From: Scyliorhinus canicula
Lineage: Eukaryota
Length of the DNA stretch: 64,000 nucleotides
NCBI RefSeq assembly: GCF_902713615.1
Contig: NC_052158.1
Coordinates: forward strand, 30,483,990 to 30,547,989
Direction: 5' to 3'
In this document: positions 33,463-47,289 of the stretch, piece after piece
Numbering within the stretch: the first letter of the stretch is position 1
How the letters are laid out: every line of letters begins with the position of its first letter
Notes under the pieces: generated by a model
Database searches by the model: none
The model's input: the letters and a program-made list of their open reading frames with translations, nothing else
What the model was told of the DNA's origin: nothing
Translations under genes and position numbers: made by a program

Positions 33463-34411
33463 AGTAAGACGTCTTACAACACCAGGTTAAAGTCCAACAG
33501 GTTTGTTTCCTTCCTCAGGTGAATGAAGAGGTATGTTCCAGAAATATATATGTAGACAAATTGCCAGACAATGCTTGGAATGCGAGCATTTGCAGGTAAT
33601 CAAATCTTTACAGATCCAGAGAAAGGGATTGTCACGCTGGGTAGCCTTCAGAACAGCGACCATGACACCACACAACCCTGCCATGGCAATCTCTGCAAGA
33701 CGTGCCAGATCATCGATATGGATACCACCATTACACGTGAGAACACCATCCATCAGGTACGCAGTACATACTCGTGCGACTCGGCCAATGTTGTCTCCCT
33801 CATACGCTGCAGGAGAGGATGTCACAAAGCGTGGTACATTGGCGAGACCATGCTGACGCTGCGACAACGAATGAATGGGCATCGTGCGACAATCACCAGG
33901 CAGGAATGTTCCCTTCCAGTCGGGGAACACTTCAGCAGTCAAGGGCATTCAGCCTCTCACCTCCGGGTAAGCGTTCACCAAGGCGGCCTTCAGGATGCGC
34001 GACAATGTAAAATCACCAGCAGAAACTTATAGCCAAGTTCCGCACACATGAGTGCGGCCTCAACCGGGACCTGGAATTCATGTCGCATTACATTCACCCC
34101 CCACCATCTGGCCTGGGCTTGCGAAATCCTGCCAACTGTCCTGGTTTGAGACAATTCACATCTCTTTAACCTGGGGTTACCCCTATCTCTGGATCTGTAA
34201 AGATTTGATTACCTGCCAATGCTCGCATTCCAAGTTTTGTCTGGAATCTTTGAATTTGTCTATATATGTTTCTGGAACATACCTCTTCATTCACCTGAGG
34301 AAGGAGCAGTGCTCCGAAAGCTACTGTTTGAAACAAACCTGTTGGACTTTAACCTGGTGTTGTAAGACTTGTTACTGTGCTCACCCCAGTCCAACGCCAG
34401 CATCTCCACAT
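33463..34411 (+). mobile_element. Penelope-like element 3' fragment: GIY-YIG endonuclease, pLTR and inverted partial pLTR
   Basis: C.SANVV..I.C..GC..AWYIGET..LRQRMNGHR..PVGEHF; left end is the reverse complement of the right pLTR; 13-bp TSD CACAGATAATTTC at 33450-33462 and 34412-34424. Confidence 0.9.
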
Positions 34412-35234
34412 CACAGATAATTTCGGCAGGATACATGCACCAGTGTGGCAGAAACGTCCACAGAGGCATAAAGGCATTAATTTAGACAAATCCTTCAATA
34501 CATACAGGTGCACTGACAGAGCGGGGTTCACACAGACGGATTTCCAGACTCAGATATGTGCATGCTCGCGGACTCAGACAGAATGAATACAAAACTAGGG
34601 AAGTCATGCTTCAGTAGTGAAGCGCATTGGTGAGACCACATCTGGAGTAGTCTGTACAGTGTTAATCTCCTTATTTAAGGAAGGTTGTTAATGCATTAGA
34701 AGCATTTCAGAGAATGGTTACGGGACTGATTATTAGGTGGATTGGCCATGATCATTTATGCTGATAGCTTGGGGATAGGGTAGGTGGATTATATTCTGCT
34801 ACAGAGAAACAGGCATAGAGAAGTACAAAACACACACACCAAGGCACACTTAGAGACACACTCGCAGAGACACTGGCAGAGTGACATAAGACACAGACAT
34901 ACCCATAGAGACACACTCATACAGACACTCTCACAGAGCTACTCAGCACAAATGCACTAACATAGAGGCAAAACTGACAGATGGCATACAGAGACACACT
35001 CACATAGGTGTATACATCGGAGACACACTCACCAAGACACACTGACAGAGACACACTGACATGCTCACAGATGTTATACAACAGAGAAACGTTCCCCAAA
35101 ACATACAGAACATACTCAAAGACACAGTCAGAGACACATTGAGAGAGACAAGGTAAAGGAGACATACACAGACACTCAAAGTAACCCAACCCAGATGCAC
35201 ACTTGTTTGCAGAGACATGCACTCACAGACATAG

Positions 35235-35457
35235 TAAGAAGTCTTACAACACTAGGTTAAAGTCCAACAGGTTTGTTTCAAACACTAGCTTTTGGAGCAC
35301 TGCTCCTTCCTCAGGTGAATTGCTTCTTGATTCACCTGAAGAAGAAGCAGTGCCATGAAAGCTAGTGTTTGAAACAAACCTGTTGGACTTTAACCTGGTG
35401 TTGTAAGACTTCTTACTGTGCTCACCCCAGTCCAAAGCCAGCATCTCCACATCATGG
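35235..35457 (+). mobile_element. Penelope-derived fold-back mini-element (two inverted pLTR arms only)
   Basis: About 95-bp inverted arms plus a 40-nt tail; 13-bp TSD CTCACAGACATAG at 35222-35234 and 35458-35470. Confidence 0.88.
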
Positions 35458-36459
35458 CTCACAGACATAGATTGAGACACACGCACATACAGTCAGTGTC
35501 ACAGAGGTACACAGCAAGGCTGAGGCATTCGCAATAATCTTCAGTCCGAAGTGACAAGTGGATGATCCATCTCAGTCTCCCCCAGAGGTCCCCAGCATCA
35601 CAGATGTCAATTTTCAGCCAATACGATTCACTCCATGTGATATTACAAAATGGCCGAAGGCATTTGCAAATGCAAAGGCGATGGACCTTGATGATATCCC
35701 GGAAATAGTACTGAGGACTTGTGCTCCAGAACTACTACACCCCTAACCAAGCTGTTCCAGTACAGCTACAATACTTGCATCTACCTGGCAATGTGGAAAT
35801 TTGCCCTCGTATATCCTATGCACAAAAAACAGGACAAATCCAACCCAGCCAATTACTGCCCTATCAGTCTGCTCACCATCATCAGGAAAGTGATGGAAGG
35901 AATCATTAGCAGTGCTATTAAGCGGCACTTAATCAGCAATAACCTGCTCACGGATGCTCAGTTTAGGTTCCGCCAGGGTAACTCAACTCCTGACCTCCTG
36001 AACCTTGTGCCTTGGTTCAAAAATGGAAAAAAGTTCTGAATACCAGAGGAGAGGTGAGAGTGACTGCTCTTGACATCAAAGCAGCATTTGACCAAGTATG
36101 GCATCAAGGAGCCCTAGCTAAACTGGAGTCAATGGGAATCAGGGGGAAAACTCCCCGCTGGTTGGAGTCATACGTGGCACAAATGAAGATGGTTATGGTG
36201 GTTGGAGGTCAATCATCTCATCTCCAGGACATCACTGGAGGAGTTCCTCAGGATAGTGTCCTTGGAACAGCCATCCTCAGCTCCTTCATCAATGACTTCC
36301 CATCCATCATAAGGTTAGAAGTGGGGATGTTTGTGGATGGCTGCACAATATTCAAAACCATTTGTAACTCCTCAGTTAATAAAACAGTCCATGTCCAAAT
36401 GCAGCAATAACTGGAAAATATCCAAGCTTGGGCTGACAAGTGGCAAGTTATGTTTTTGC

Positions 36460-36801
36460 CATAGAATTTACAGTGCAAAAGGAGGCCATTCAGCCCATCG
36501 AGTCTGCACCGGCTCTTGGAAAGAGCACCCTACCCAAGCCCACACCTCCACTCTATCCCAACCCTGTAACCCCACCCAACACTAAGGGCAATTTTGGACA
36601 CTAAGGGCAATTTAGCATGGCCAAGACATCTAACTTGCACATCTTTGGACTGTGGGAGGAAATCTGAGCACCCGGAGGAAACACACCCACACATGGGGAG
36701 AACGTGCAGACTCCGCACAGACAGTGAGCCAAGCAGGGAATCGAACCTGTGAACCTGGAGCTGTGAAGCAATTGTGCTAACCACAATGCTTCCGTGCTGC
36801 C
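36460..36801 (-). mobile_element. HE1-type V-SINE nested in a LINE
   Basis: Head, V-domain, tail. Confidence 0.9.
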
Positions 36802-37376
36802 ACGCAAGTGCCAGCCAAAGATCATCTCCTATGAGAGAGGATCTCACCACCACCGCCCCTTGACATTCAATGGCATTAACTTCGCTGAATCCCACACAAT
36901 CAACATCCTGGGGGTTACCTTTAATCAGAAACTGAACCGGACTGGCCATATTAATACTGTGGCTACCAGGGCAGGTCAAAGGCTAGGAATTCTAAGGCGA
37001 CGAACTCATCTCCTGATCCCCAAAGCCTGTCCACTATCTGCAAGGACAAGTCAGGAGTGTAATGGAACGCACTCCACTTGCCTGGATGAGTGATGCTCCA
37101 ATAACATTCAAGAAACTCAACACCATCCAGGACAGCACAGCCCACTTGATTTCTCCCCCTTGCTCGAACATTCAAACCCTGAACTACCGATGAACAGTAG
37201 CAGCCATGTGTACCATCCATAATATGCACTGCAGCAACTCACCAAAGTTCCTCAGACAGCAACTTCAAAACTTACGGTCACTACCATCTAGAAGGACAAG
37301 AGCAGCAGCTACCTGGAAACCCCACCACCTGGAGATTCCCTCCAAGTCATTCATCACCCTGACGTGTAAATGCAGA

Positions 37377-37703
37377 ATCATAGAAGTTACAGTGCAGAAA
37401 GAGGCCAATCAGCCCATCGAGTCTGCACTGGCCCTTCGAAAGAGCACCCTACTTCAGCCCATACCTCCACCCTATCCACTTCATGCCACCAAACATTTTT
37501 CGACACTAAGGGCAATTTAGCACGGCCAATCCACCTAACCTGCACATCTTTGGACTGTGGGAGGAAACCGGAGAACCCGGAGGAAACCCATGCAGACACA
37601 TGCAGAATCTGCAGGCTCTGCATAGACAGTGATCCAAGGAAGGAATCGAATCTGGGACCCTGGAGCGTGAAGCAACAGTGCTAAACTGTGCTATCGTGCT
37701 GCT
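37377..37703 (-). mobile_element. HE1-type V-SINE nested in a LINE
   Basis: Head, V-domain, tail. Confidence 0.88.
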
Positions 37704-38149
37704 GAGGCAACATCCTGAAACTCCCTCCCTAACAGCACTCTGGATGTACATACACCTCAAGGACTGAAACGGTTCAAGAGGCCAACACACCGCCACCTAC
37801 TGCAGGGCAGTTAGGGATGGGCAATACATCCTCAACTAACCAGCGACATCCACATCCTGTAAATGAATAAAAAACACAGAGGCACTCTCATGGATACACG
37901 CTCATACAGAAACACTAAGGCATAAAAAAGACATACACACAGACACTCTCATGGAGGCACACAAAACAGATACACACTCACATACCCGAACACAATGCAC
38001 GTTCTCACAGACAAACTCTCACAGATGCACAACAGAGACACAGACTCAATACTCTAACACAAATATGCATTCTCAGAGATTCTCATAGGCACACAACAGA
38101 GTCACACACTTATAGAATCTACAGTGCAGAGACACTGATACACTCTCAC

Positions 38150-39130
38150 AGATAAAAATAAGCATTAGGAGGAAGTGAAACCCGCATGGCCTATCAGCCT
38201 GTTCCACCATTTAACATGATCATGGCTGATCTCCGCTTCGAATCCACTTTTCTTTCTAACCCCACAAATGTTACATCTCCGAGAGACCAAAAAGCTGTCT
38301 ATCCCAGCCTTAAATGTGTTCAGTGATGGAGCATCAACAACACTCTTAGGTTGCAATGTCCAATGTTTCACAATCTTTTGCGAGAAGGGTTTTTCCTCAT
38401 CTCAAGCCTTACCAATCAGCCCCTTATCCTGACACTGCCGTATTTCAGATTTCCCAACCAGCAGAAAAAAATCTTTTTGCATCTACCCATCAAAGCACCG
38501 TCAGAATCTTGATGGTTTCAATGAAATTGCCCTCTCATGCTCCTAAACTAGAGAATATAAACCCAATTTCTCATCATAGAACAACACCCAAATCTGAGGG
38601 ACCACTTTCGTGAACCTTCACTATATTGCCTCCAATACAAGAGTATCTTTTCTTAAATCTGGAGACAAAAACTGCGCACAGTATTCCAAATGTGGCATCC
38701 CTAAAACCCGACACAAGCGTGGCTTCTTTATTTCTGTACTCCAAGCCCCTCGCAATAAAGGCCCATATGCAATTTCCCTTCCCAATTGATGACTGCACCT
38801 GTATGCTGACGTTAAATGTCCCTCGTATGAGCGTGCCCAAGTCTCTCTGAAGATCAATGATTACAAGTTTCACGTCTTTAAAAATACATTTTATTGCTCT
38901 ATTCCTGGAGCTAATAACTTCTCACTTGCCTATATGAAACTTAGTCTGCCCACTCCCTTAACCCGTCAATATCTCTGTGCAACCTTTGCGTGCCCCCCAC
39001 AGCTTACCTTCCCACCTAGCTTTGTATCATCAGCAAACTTAAGATGCTTTACTCTCTATCTTTCATCCAAGTTGTCAATATAGTTTGTAAATAGCTGAGA
39101 TCCACGCACAGATTATTGCTGTACTCCACT
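38150..39130 (-). mobile_element. Decayed CR1 3' fragment
   Basis: IARGLEYRNKE, MPHLEYCAQFLSP on the minus strand. Confidence 0.8.
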
Positions 39131-40159
39131 TTTCATTACCTGCCAAATTAGAAATGCTTTGTTTATCACAGAAGTGTTATGGCGCAGAAGGAGACCAATT
39201 AGCCCATTGTGTCTGCACCAGCTATTCAAACTAACAGCATGGTTGCGCATTTAAATGTACCATCCCACTGCCTTTTCCCTATATCCCTGCACATTGTTTC
39301 TTTTAAAGCACTCACCTAATAAGCTCTTAAATGCTTCTATTAAACCTGCCTCCACCATACTTCTTGGCAGTGTATTTCAAACCTCAACTGTGTGAAAAAG
39401 TTATTTTTCTCACATCGCATTTATTCTTTTGCAAATCATTTGAAATCTGTGCTTCGTTCTTTGCTTCCTGTCTGTTAACCAATCCTCTATCCATGTCAAT
39501 ATATTACCTCTGATCTTGTGAGCTTTAATAATGCCTACTCACCGAAACAAAGGACATACTGACAGAGTCATGCAGTCACACAGACAGACAACACACTCAC
39601 AAACATGCACAATACTCATCCAGACACACTGGGCACATATACACACACACGCTAATACACAAGGCAGACAGCAGACATTTACAGCTGGAAGTACCATGAC
39701 ACAGGATTTTGTGTTCTATAGGGTGTTCCCAGGGGCGCACACTGAGACAATACCAGTTGTTGCTGGAGGATCATCTAATCGTTGAAAGACTTTCTTTGGT
39801 CTGGACTACACATCTTGGTCTTCCAGTGCAAAGATTTGTCTCCAACCTGACGTTGCAGACTGGCACATTGCTGACAACTAGTTGCGGAGGAATGCACTAA
39901 AACCTGGGGCAACCACCGCAGAGGCACAATGGGAAAAGGTTGTTGTCTTTCATCCATTGTGAACTGAGGGACTGGAAATTGTATAGAATCTCCTCGGGCT
40001 GTCCAACTTACATTGAATGTATAGAATAAATATGACTTCTGTCACAATTGTATTGAAGCACTTCAGGCTGCAACTTGATCTATGTGGATGACTTGAGTGC
40101 CATTGTACCATTTGTAATGACCATTTTGACATGTCTGTAACGTTTCTTTGATAATACGG

Positions 40160-42700
40160 AAGCACCTCCGAGTGTATAAGACCATAAATACCAGAAGAAA
40201 TAGGAACAGGAGTAGACCATTCAGCCCCCTGAGTCATAAATGTACCCACTGCTCTCTGTGTCAAGGAGTTCATAGACTCACAACCCTTGAGAGAAGAAAT
40301 TCCTCCTCATCACAATCTAAATGGGCACCCCTTTATTCTGAGACTATTCCCTCTGGTCATAGACTCTCCCATCAGGGGAAACATTCTCTCAGCATTCACC
40401 CTGTCAAGCCTCTTGAGAGTCCGATATGTTTCAATTAAATCACCTCTCATTTTTCTGCATTCCAATTAGGATTTGCGACCCTTTTAACCTTTGCTCATAA
40501 TCATCATCCGAGTAAACATTCTCTGAATCGCTTCCAATGAAATAATCTTCCCTTAAATAAGGGGACCAAAAGTGCTCACAGTGCTCCAGATATGGCCTCA
40601 CCAGTACCTTATACAGTAGCAGCAAGACTTCCCTGCACTTATACTCCAACCCCCTTAAAATAAGGGCCAACATTCCATTAGCCTGCCTGATTACCTGCTG
40701 CACCTGTGTGCTAGCGTTCTGTGTTTTATGTACAAGTACCCCCAAGTCTCTTTGTGTTGCAGCTTTCTGAAGTTTTTCCTCCATTAAAATAATCTGTTCT
40801 TTTATTCTCCCTTCCAAAATGAACAAGTTCACATTTTTCCATATTTTACTCAATTTACAAGTATTTTCCCCACTTATTTAACCTAAAAACATCTATTTGC
40901 AAACTGTTTGTATCACTCGCAATTTGCCTTTCCACCTACTTTTGTGCCATGTCCAAATTTGCATTCACTTCCTTACTCCAAGTCAATATATATTGTAAAC
41001 AGTCGTGGGCCCAACACTGATCTCTGTCTAACCCCACTGGTTACAGTTTGCCAACCTGAAATAGAACCCCTTATCCACGTTCGCTGTTTTCTGCCCGTTA
41101 GCCAATTCCCTATTCCTGCCAATGTACTACTTACAACACAATGGGCTCTTCTCTTATGGCTTTATCTTTTGTGATATAACTTGTCAAACACCTTCTGGAA
41201 GTCCAAATACAACACATCTCTGGTTCCCCTCTATGCACTGTGGTTGAGATGTCCTCAAAAAACTCCAGTAAACTGGCGAGGTCATCGAAGGCAGAGAGTA
41301 GCAATGAAAGGGTGCTTTTTTGATTGGAGTGCTGTGACTTGTGGTGTTCCGCAGGGATCAGTACTGGGACCTTTGCTGTTCATAGTATATATAAATTATT
41401 TGGAGGAAAATGTAACTGGTCTGATTAGTAAGTTTCCGGACTACACAAAGGTTGGTGGAATTGTGTATAGAGATGAGGACTGTCAGAGGATACAGCAGGA
41501 TTTAGATTGTTTGGAGACTTGGGCGGTGAGATGGTAGATGGAGTCTAATGCAGGTAGGGACTATACAGTGAATGGTAGAACCCTCTAGAGTATTGACAGT
41601 CAGAGAGATCTAGGTGTACAGGTCCACAGATCACTGAAAGGGGCAACACAGGTGGAGAAGGTAGTCAAGAAGGCATACGGCATGCTTGCCTTCATTGGCC
41701 GGGGCATTGAGTATAAAAATTGGCAAATCATGTTGCAGCTGTATAGAACATTAGTTAGGCCACACTTGGAGTATAATGTTCAATTCTGGTCGCCACACTA
41801 CCAGAAGGATGTGGAGGCTTTAGAGAGAATGCAGAAAAGATTTACCAGGATGTTGCTTCGTATGGAGGGCATGAGCTATGAGCAGAGGTTGAATAAACTT
41901 GGTTTGTTCTCACTGGAATGACGGAGGTTGAGGGGCAGCCTGATAGAGGTCTACAAATTATGATGGGCATAGACAGAATGGATAGTCAGAGACTTTTTCC
42001 CAGGATAGAGGGGTCAATTACTTGGGGGCATAGGTTTAAGGTGCGAGGGGTAAGGTTTAAAGGAGATATATGAGGCAAGTTTTTTATACAGAGGGTAGCG
42101 AGTGCCTGGAACTCGCTGCCAGAGGAGGTGGTGGAAGCAGGGATGATCGTGACATTCAAGGGCCATCTTGACAAATATGTGAATAGGATGGGAATAGAGG
42201 GATACGGATCCCGGAAGTGTAGAAGATTTTAGTTTAGATGGGCAGCATGGTCGGCGCAGGCTTGGAGGGCCGAAGGGCCTGTTCCTGTGCTGTACTTTTC
42301 TTTGTTCTTTGTCCTTTGTTCTAATTAGTCAGACACAATTTCCCTTTCACGAAGCCACGTCAATTCTGCTTGATTAGATGCTGCTATTACTTCCTTAATA
42401 ATTGATTCCAAGATTTTTGCAATAGCTGTCAGGCCAATCGGCCTATAGTTATCCCCTATTTGCCTCCCACCCTTTTGAATAGAGGTGCCAAATTGGTAGT
42501 TCTCCAATCCTCTGATACTTCTCCAGAACCCTACTGATGATGATGGTATTTAATTGCTCCCCATATTCTTTTGTATGAATGAGATGTTCAAAATATCTTC
42601 CAACATAAAGACTGATGAAAAATACGGATTTAATTCCAATGCCATTCCATTCTTCCCCACAACTATCTCCCCTATTTTCATTTTGACTTATCGCTTCCTT
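40160..42700 (-). mobile_element. Decayed CR1 RT fragment interrupted by an opposite-orientation CR1 (about 41276-42322)
   Basis: Minus-strand LVRPYLEHCEHFWSP and NYRPIGLT; plus-strand insert with GVPQGSVLGPLLF, LVRPHLEY.VQFWSP and a (TTTGTTC)n tail. Confidence 0.85.
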
Positions 42701-42734
42701 TTTATTATATATTTATAGAAGAAAACCTGAAACT

Positions 42735-43075
42735 GGGGGCAGCACGGTAGCATGGTGGTTAGCATAAATGCTTCACAGCTCCAGGGTCCCAGGTTCGATT
42801 ACCGGCTGGGTCACTGTCTGTGTGGAGTCTGCACGTCCTCCCCGTGTGTGCGTGGGTTTCCTCCGGGTGCTCCGGTTTCCTCCCACAGTCCAAAGATGTG
42901 CGGGTTAGGTGGATTGGCCATGCTAAATTGCCCGTAGTGTCCTAAAAAGTAAGGTTAAGGGGGGGTTGGGTTACGGGTATAGGGTGGATACGTGGGTTTG
43001 AGTAGGGTGATCATTGCTCGGCACAACATCGAGGCCCGAACAGCCTGTTCTGTGCTGTACTGTTCTATGTCTATT
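42735..43075 (+). mobile_element. HE1-type V-SINE, young copy
   Basis: Nearly identical to 2999-3316 and 52459-52815. Confidence 0.92.
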
Positions 43076-46000
43076 GTTGCACTTTGTGTGACGGCCATTT
43101 TGAAATGTCAGTAATGTTTAGATTTTAGAACAGTACAGCACAGAACAGTTGTTTCAGATATTTTACGAATGATGTATATTTTCTCAAAAATAAAAGTACA
43201 CTAACGAGCCTCCTGTTGATGCAAGCTCAAATAACTTTCAGAAAGGTTCTGTTTCTAAGAGCGCTTGGAGGTGTACCCAGTAAGGTAATCAGAAAAAATA
43301 AGGAATACATAACTTCAATAGAAAGATCGCAAGCAACAGCGAAGCTCAATATATTGAAGGGTTTTGATCGTTTTATTATGGCTTGACATGTTCCCGTGAC
43401 AGGAGGGCGGGTTGTCCGAGGACACGGATTTCCCGTAATTGACGGACTAAGGGTTTATGTTGAAATGTAATGTTGTTAGTTGTTAGAATCGGAAGGTACT
43501 GTCTCAACAGTTGGTGGAAGCAGCTTTTCAAGAGTAGCGTTCAATGAGAAATGGGATAAATAGTTGGGATGGAGGAATAGTCACATCGGAATATGAAGGA
43601 GGGTCAGATGCGTGGGACTGATCGAGAAACTCTTTTAAAGGGCTCACAAAGCCACGATGGCAGAACGGCCTACTTTTATTTTGCTGCCGGATTCTATGAC
43701 AATCTGCTAAAAACAACCCCCTCCCATTTCAAAACATTGGGATGGGATAATATCCGGGACAGTTCTTTTTTTAAATGGTGGCAACAGTGTTGAAATGATA
43801 ATGGAACTTTCTGCAGCTAGCTAGTGGGTTTCACAAGTGACTGCTTTGATCAGGCCAGGCCTTCTATGTGAACCCCCCGGTCAGTCTCTTCTCTGTTTTT
43901 TTTTAAATTAGCATTACACAGCTTGTCCCTTCTCTGGATCTCCTGACAATCTGCATTTTCTACTAAAAAGGCTGAAGAATCAGGTCGTCACTCGTCTGAA
44001 AGCTGTAGGGAATCGACCCGGCCGTTTATTGTTCAAACTAAAAAGTGGAATATTTCAAAGCAGCCACTAAATTTTGACTCTGGGGCAGTGAGCCAAAGCT
44101 CTCAGAAGCTGATTTGGTCAAACCAATGGTGAAACCAGATGTCCTGGTATTGCTTCGATTGGCTGCATCCACCCATCTCCTCGGTGGACGAAAATGGATC
44201 AACTTGGGAGCAATTTCGACTTTGCAACTTTCAGGGTGTTACATACCGAATGGACTTGCGCTCAGTTACTATTCCACCCTCGCCGCCCCCCCCCCCCCCC
44301 CCCCCCCCCCACTCCGCTGTTAATGTCTTACCAACTGCCGTCGGTTCACTTTCTCCCCAAAGGCCTGTTCACATTCCCTGGCTGGTACTTCTCAGTACGT
44401 CTTGAATTCGTAGGTGAGGAGGATGAAATCTGCTTGCTCACTCGCAACTTCCGCGTTGTATTCGGAGAACCTGGAGGGGGAGGAGCAGCAACCCCACATC
44501 CTCACACCAGCACCCCAAGGCGGAGTGGGGTGGAGGGAGTTGGAGGAACAACGCTCAGGAACCCCCCACCACACACACACACGCCAAGTCCCATCCCCGG
44601 AAATTTAGTATTGGTCCAGTGGCATTTCCGATGCCATCGACTGCCTTTGGGAGAAGACCTCGCTGGATGTATGTGTGGCTGATAATCAATTTAGCGGCCC
44701 GCAGAAGGTTACACTTACGAGGTTTATTGTGAGAATGTTAGATTTTGAGACGGTGTGATTGATTTAAGTTAAACTGAAGGAGGTCTTTTGAAGTCTGCCT
44801 CACAGAATGTTTGGTTGGTTTGCTGGGATGGGGGGGGGGGGGGTGTCAGGGTTGCTGTTTTATATTTGAAGATGATGGCATTTGCCTGTGTGCTCACAGT
44901 GAATAGACTGTCAATCTCCAACGTCACAGAATAGTGTTGAGAATTTTTTTCCCCTTCTTTATACATTCACGGAACTGGGAAGGCCAGTGTCATGTTCTGT
45001 ACACTGGCCAGTGTGAATGATGCAGTGCAGAGCATCTGGTTCTTGACTAGTTAAAATTATTTATTATAAACCAAATCGGTGGTAAAGATAACTGGAAGCT
45101 ATACATACAAAGTACTAACACTCCCTAATTATTCTAGAACTACTGCAAAATACCTCTGTCCACCAACACGACTTACTCCCAACTCCCCTGGGCAGAGTCA
45201 TGTGGTAGGTTTTCACTACCGCCTGCTGGTTGAAGGTCATGTACATTATTATTATACAAGATTGCTTTTGCATATCATCACAGCCAGCATTTGTTCCCCA
45301 CCCCTAATTCTATTTGAAATTGCCTTGCTCGGTCATTTCCAGGCATTGAAGAGTCAGCTACATTGCTGTGGGTCTGGAGTCACCTGTAGTCCACACCAGG
45401 CAAGGATGACAGATTTCCTTCCCACAAGGGCATGAGTGAACCAGATGGGTTTTTATGACAATTGGTGATAGTTCCATGGTCTCTGTTACTGAAATGAACT
45501 TTACATTCCAGATTTATTAATGAATTCCAATTCAGACTTGAATGCATACCCCCAGAACGTTAACCTGAATCACTGGAGTACTAGTCCAGTGTCATTACCA
45601 TTATGCCACCATCTCCCAAATTGTGTGGTAAACAGTTGTGCTCTAAACTGTCCTTTTAATTTCAGGATAAAAAGTGGGCTACTCAAGAATAGCTGATCAG
45701 TATCTCTACCTAGATATATGTCCCGTGCGATTCGTGTTGTGAAGTTGATGGATTTTTAGATAGGAATGTCATGGAGAAAGCCGTAGTAATATTGGTTACA
45801 ATTCCTGAATATCACAGGCAGGATCACTTGGATGCGAGAGAGAGTTAGAGGCCAAACGTCTATGGTCCATCATACCTGAATGCAAGTGGAAGCTGACACT
45901 GGATTGAAAATCTGAAACTAATTAATAGTTACAATGAAGGTGGAAAATTGTCCAGCTAGTGATAGGTTCTCCAGTGAGACTGAACAGCCCAGGTCCAAAT

Positions 46001-46876
46001 CTAGCATCACCTGGAAAATATCCACGTTTGGGTTGACATGTGGCAAGGAAATTTGCTTCACACAAGTGCTAGGCAATAGCCACCTCTCTTGATGCTCAAT
46101 GAAATTACCATCACTGAATCCCAATCAACACCATGGGGGTTCCCGTGGGCTAGTAACTGTACTGGACTAGCCATATAAATACTACCAGAGCAGGTCAGAG
46201 GCTGAGATTCCTGCAGCCAGTAAGTCACCTCCTGACCCCCCACAGCTTATCCAGCATCTACAAGGCACAAGTCAGAAATGTGAGGAAATGATTTCCCCGT
46301 GCCTCGATGAGTGCTGCTCCAACAATACTAAAGGAGGTCGACACCATCAAGACCAAGCAGCCGGTTTGATTCCACAAACATTCAATGCGTCCACTACCGA
46401 AGAACAGTGGCAGTCGTGTGTACTGTTAGGAATTTGGAACAAAAAGGAAAATGAATAATTGAATAAATAAGAAAATAACTGGCCTATAGCTGCGCTGAGG
46501 GCTTGTGCGATGCAGATTAGGTGAGTAACAGGGTGAAATCACTCCTTTATTAAGCAAAGTGGAATCTAGCAGTCTGGTAGCCTAGATCACAGCCACGCCC
46601 AGTTTGCAGTTTTTTTTAATCTCAGAGAGAATCAAGCTGTTTGACAGAATGCAATAGCAATCTGCCTGTGTTTGACCACAGAGATTTTACTCAAACCTCA
46701 AAGAAGGGTTCCCAAAAGAAAACTGAGACCCTGTGTGGTAAATATTTGCTGGAAGTGGTTCATAGTGTTAAAATCTATGTGATTCTGTTTTGAGGCAGGT
46801 GTATTCTCGGAGTTTAGAAAAGTAGATAGATTTATATTGAGGGGATAATTCGAATATACTGTCTGGGCAACTATTC

Positions 46877-47168
46877 CATAGAATCTATAGAATCCTGACA
46901 GTGCGGAATGAGACCACTCAGCCCATCAAGTCTGCACCAAATATCCAAAAGAGCACACTACCCAAGCCCACTCCCCTGCTCTATCCCCGTAACTCCACCC
47001 AACCTGCGCATCTTTGGACTGTGGGAGGAAATCGGAGCACCCGGAGGAAACCCACACAGACATGGGGAGAATGTGCAGACTCCTCACAGACAGTGACCAA
47101 GCCGTGAATCGAACCTGGGACCCTGGAGCTGTGTAGCAGCAGTGCTAACCACTGGGCATGCTGTGCCA
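46877..47168 (-). mobile_element. HE1-type V-SINE
   Basis: Head, V-domain, tail. Confidence 0.88.
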
Positions 47169-47289
47169 CATAATATTATACTTAATTGTAAATATTGTTC
47201 CTTAATTTATCCCTTCTTGTTCAAAGTTCAATAAACATTTTGTTATTTGAATATTTACAACAAGACTAACCCCTTGCTTAAAGTTTCTT

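Larger units (their letters stand above)
35510..37874 (+). mobile_element. CR1/L2-like LINE RT fragment carrying two nested HE1 SINEs
   Basis: NPANYCPISLL, ALDIKAAFDQVWHQG, GGVPQDSVLG; 3' end TTAGGGATGGGCAATA..CACATCCTGTAAATGAATAAAAAA. Confidence 0.88.
34820..38150. repeat. Degenerate CA/GA-rich tract broken by Penelope, LINE and SINE insertions
   Basis: Same low-complexity pattern at 34820-35234, 35458-35505 and 37880-38150. Confidence 0.7.

Noticed and set aside
42752-42937. Recurrent MVVSINASQLQG..CP ORFs (also 3116, 49356, 52474) as a small-protein family, and tRNA-like heads as tRNA genes
   Set aside because: All are readings of HE1 SINE bodies; the heads have A/B boxes but no complete cloverleaf.
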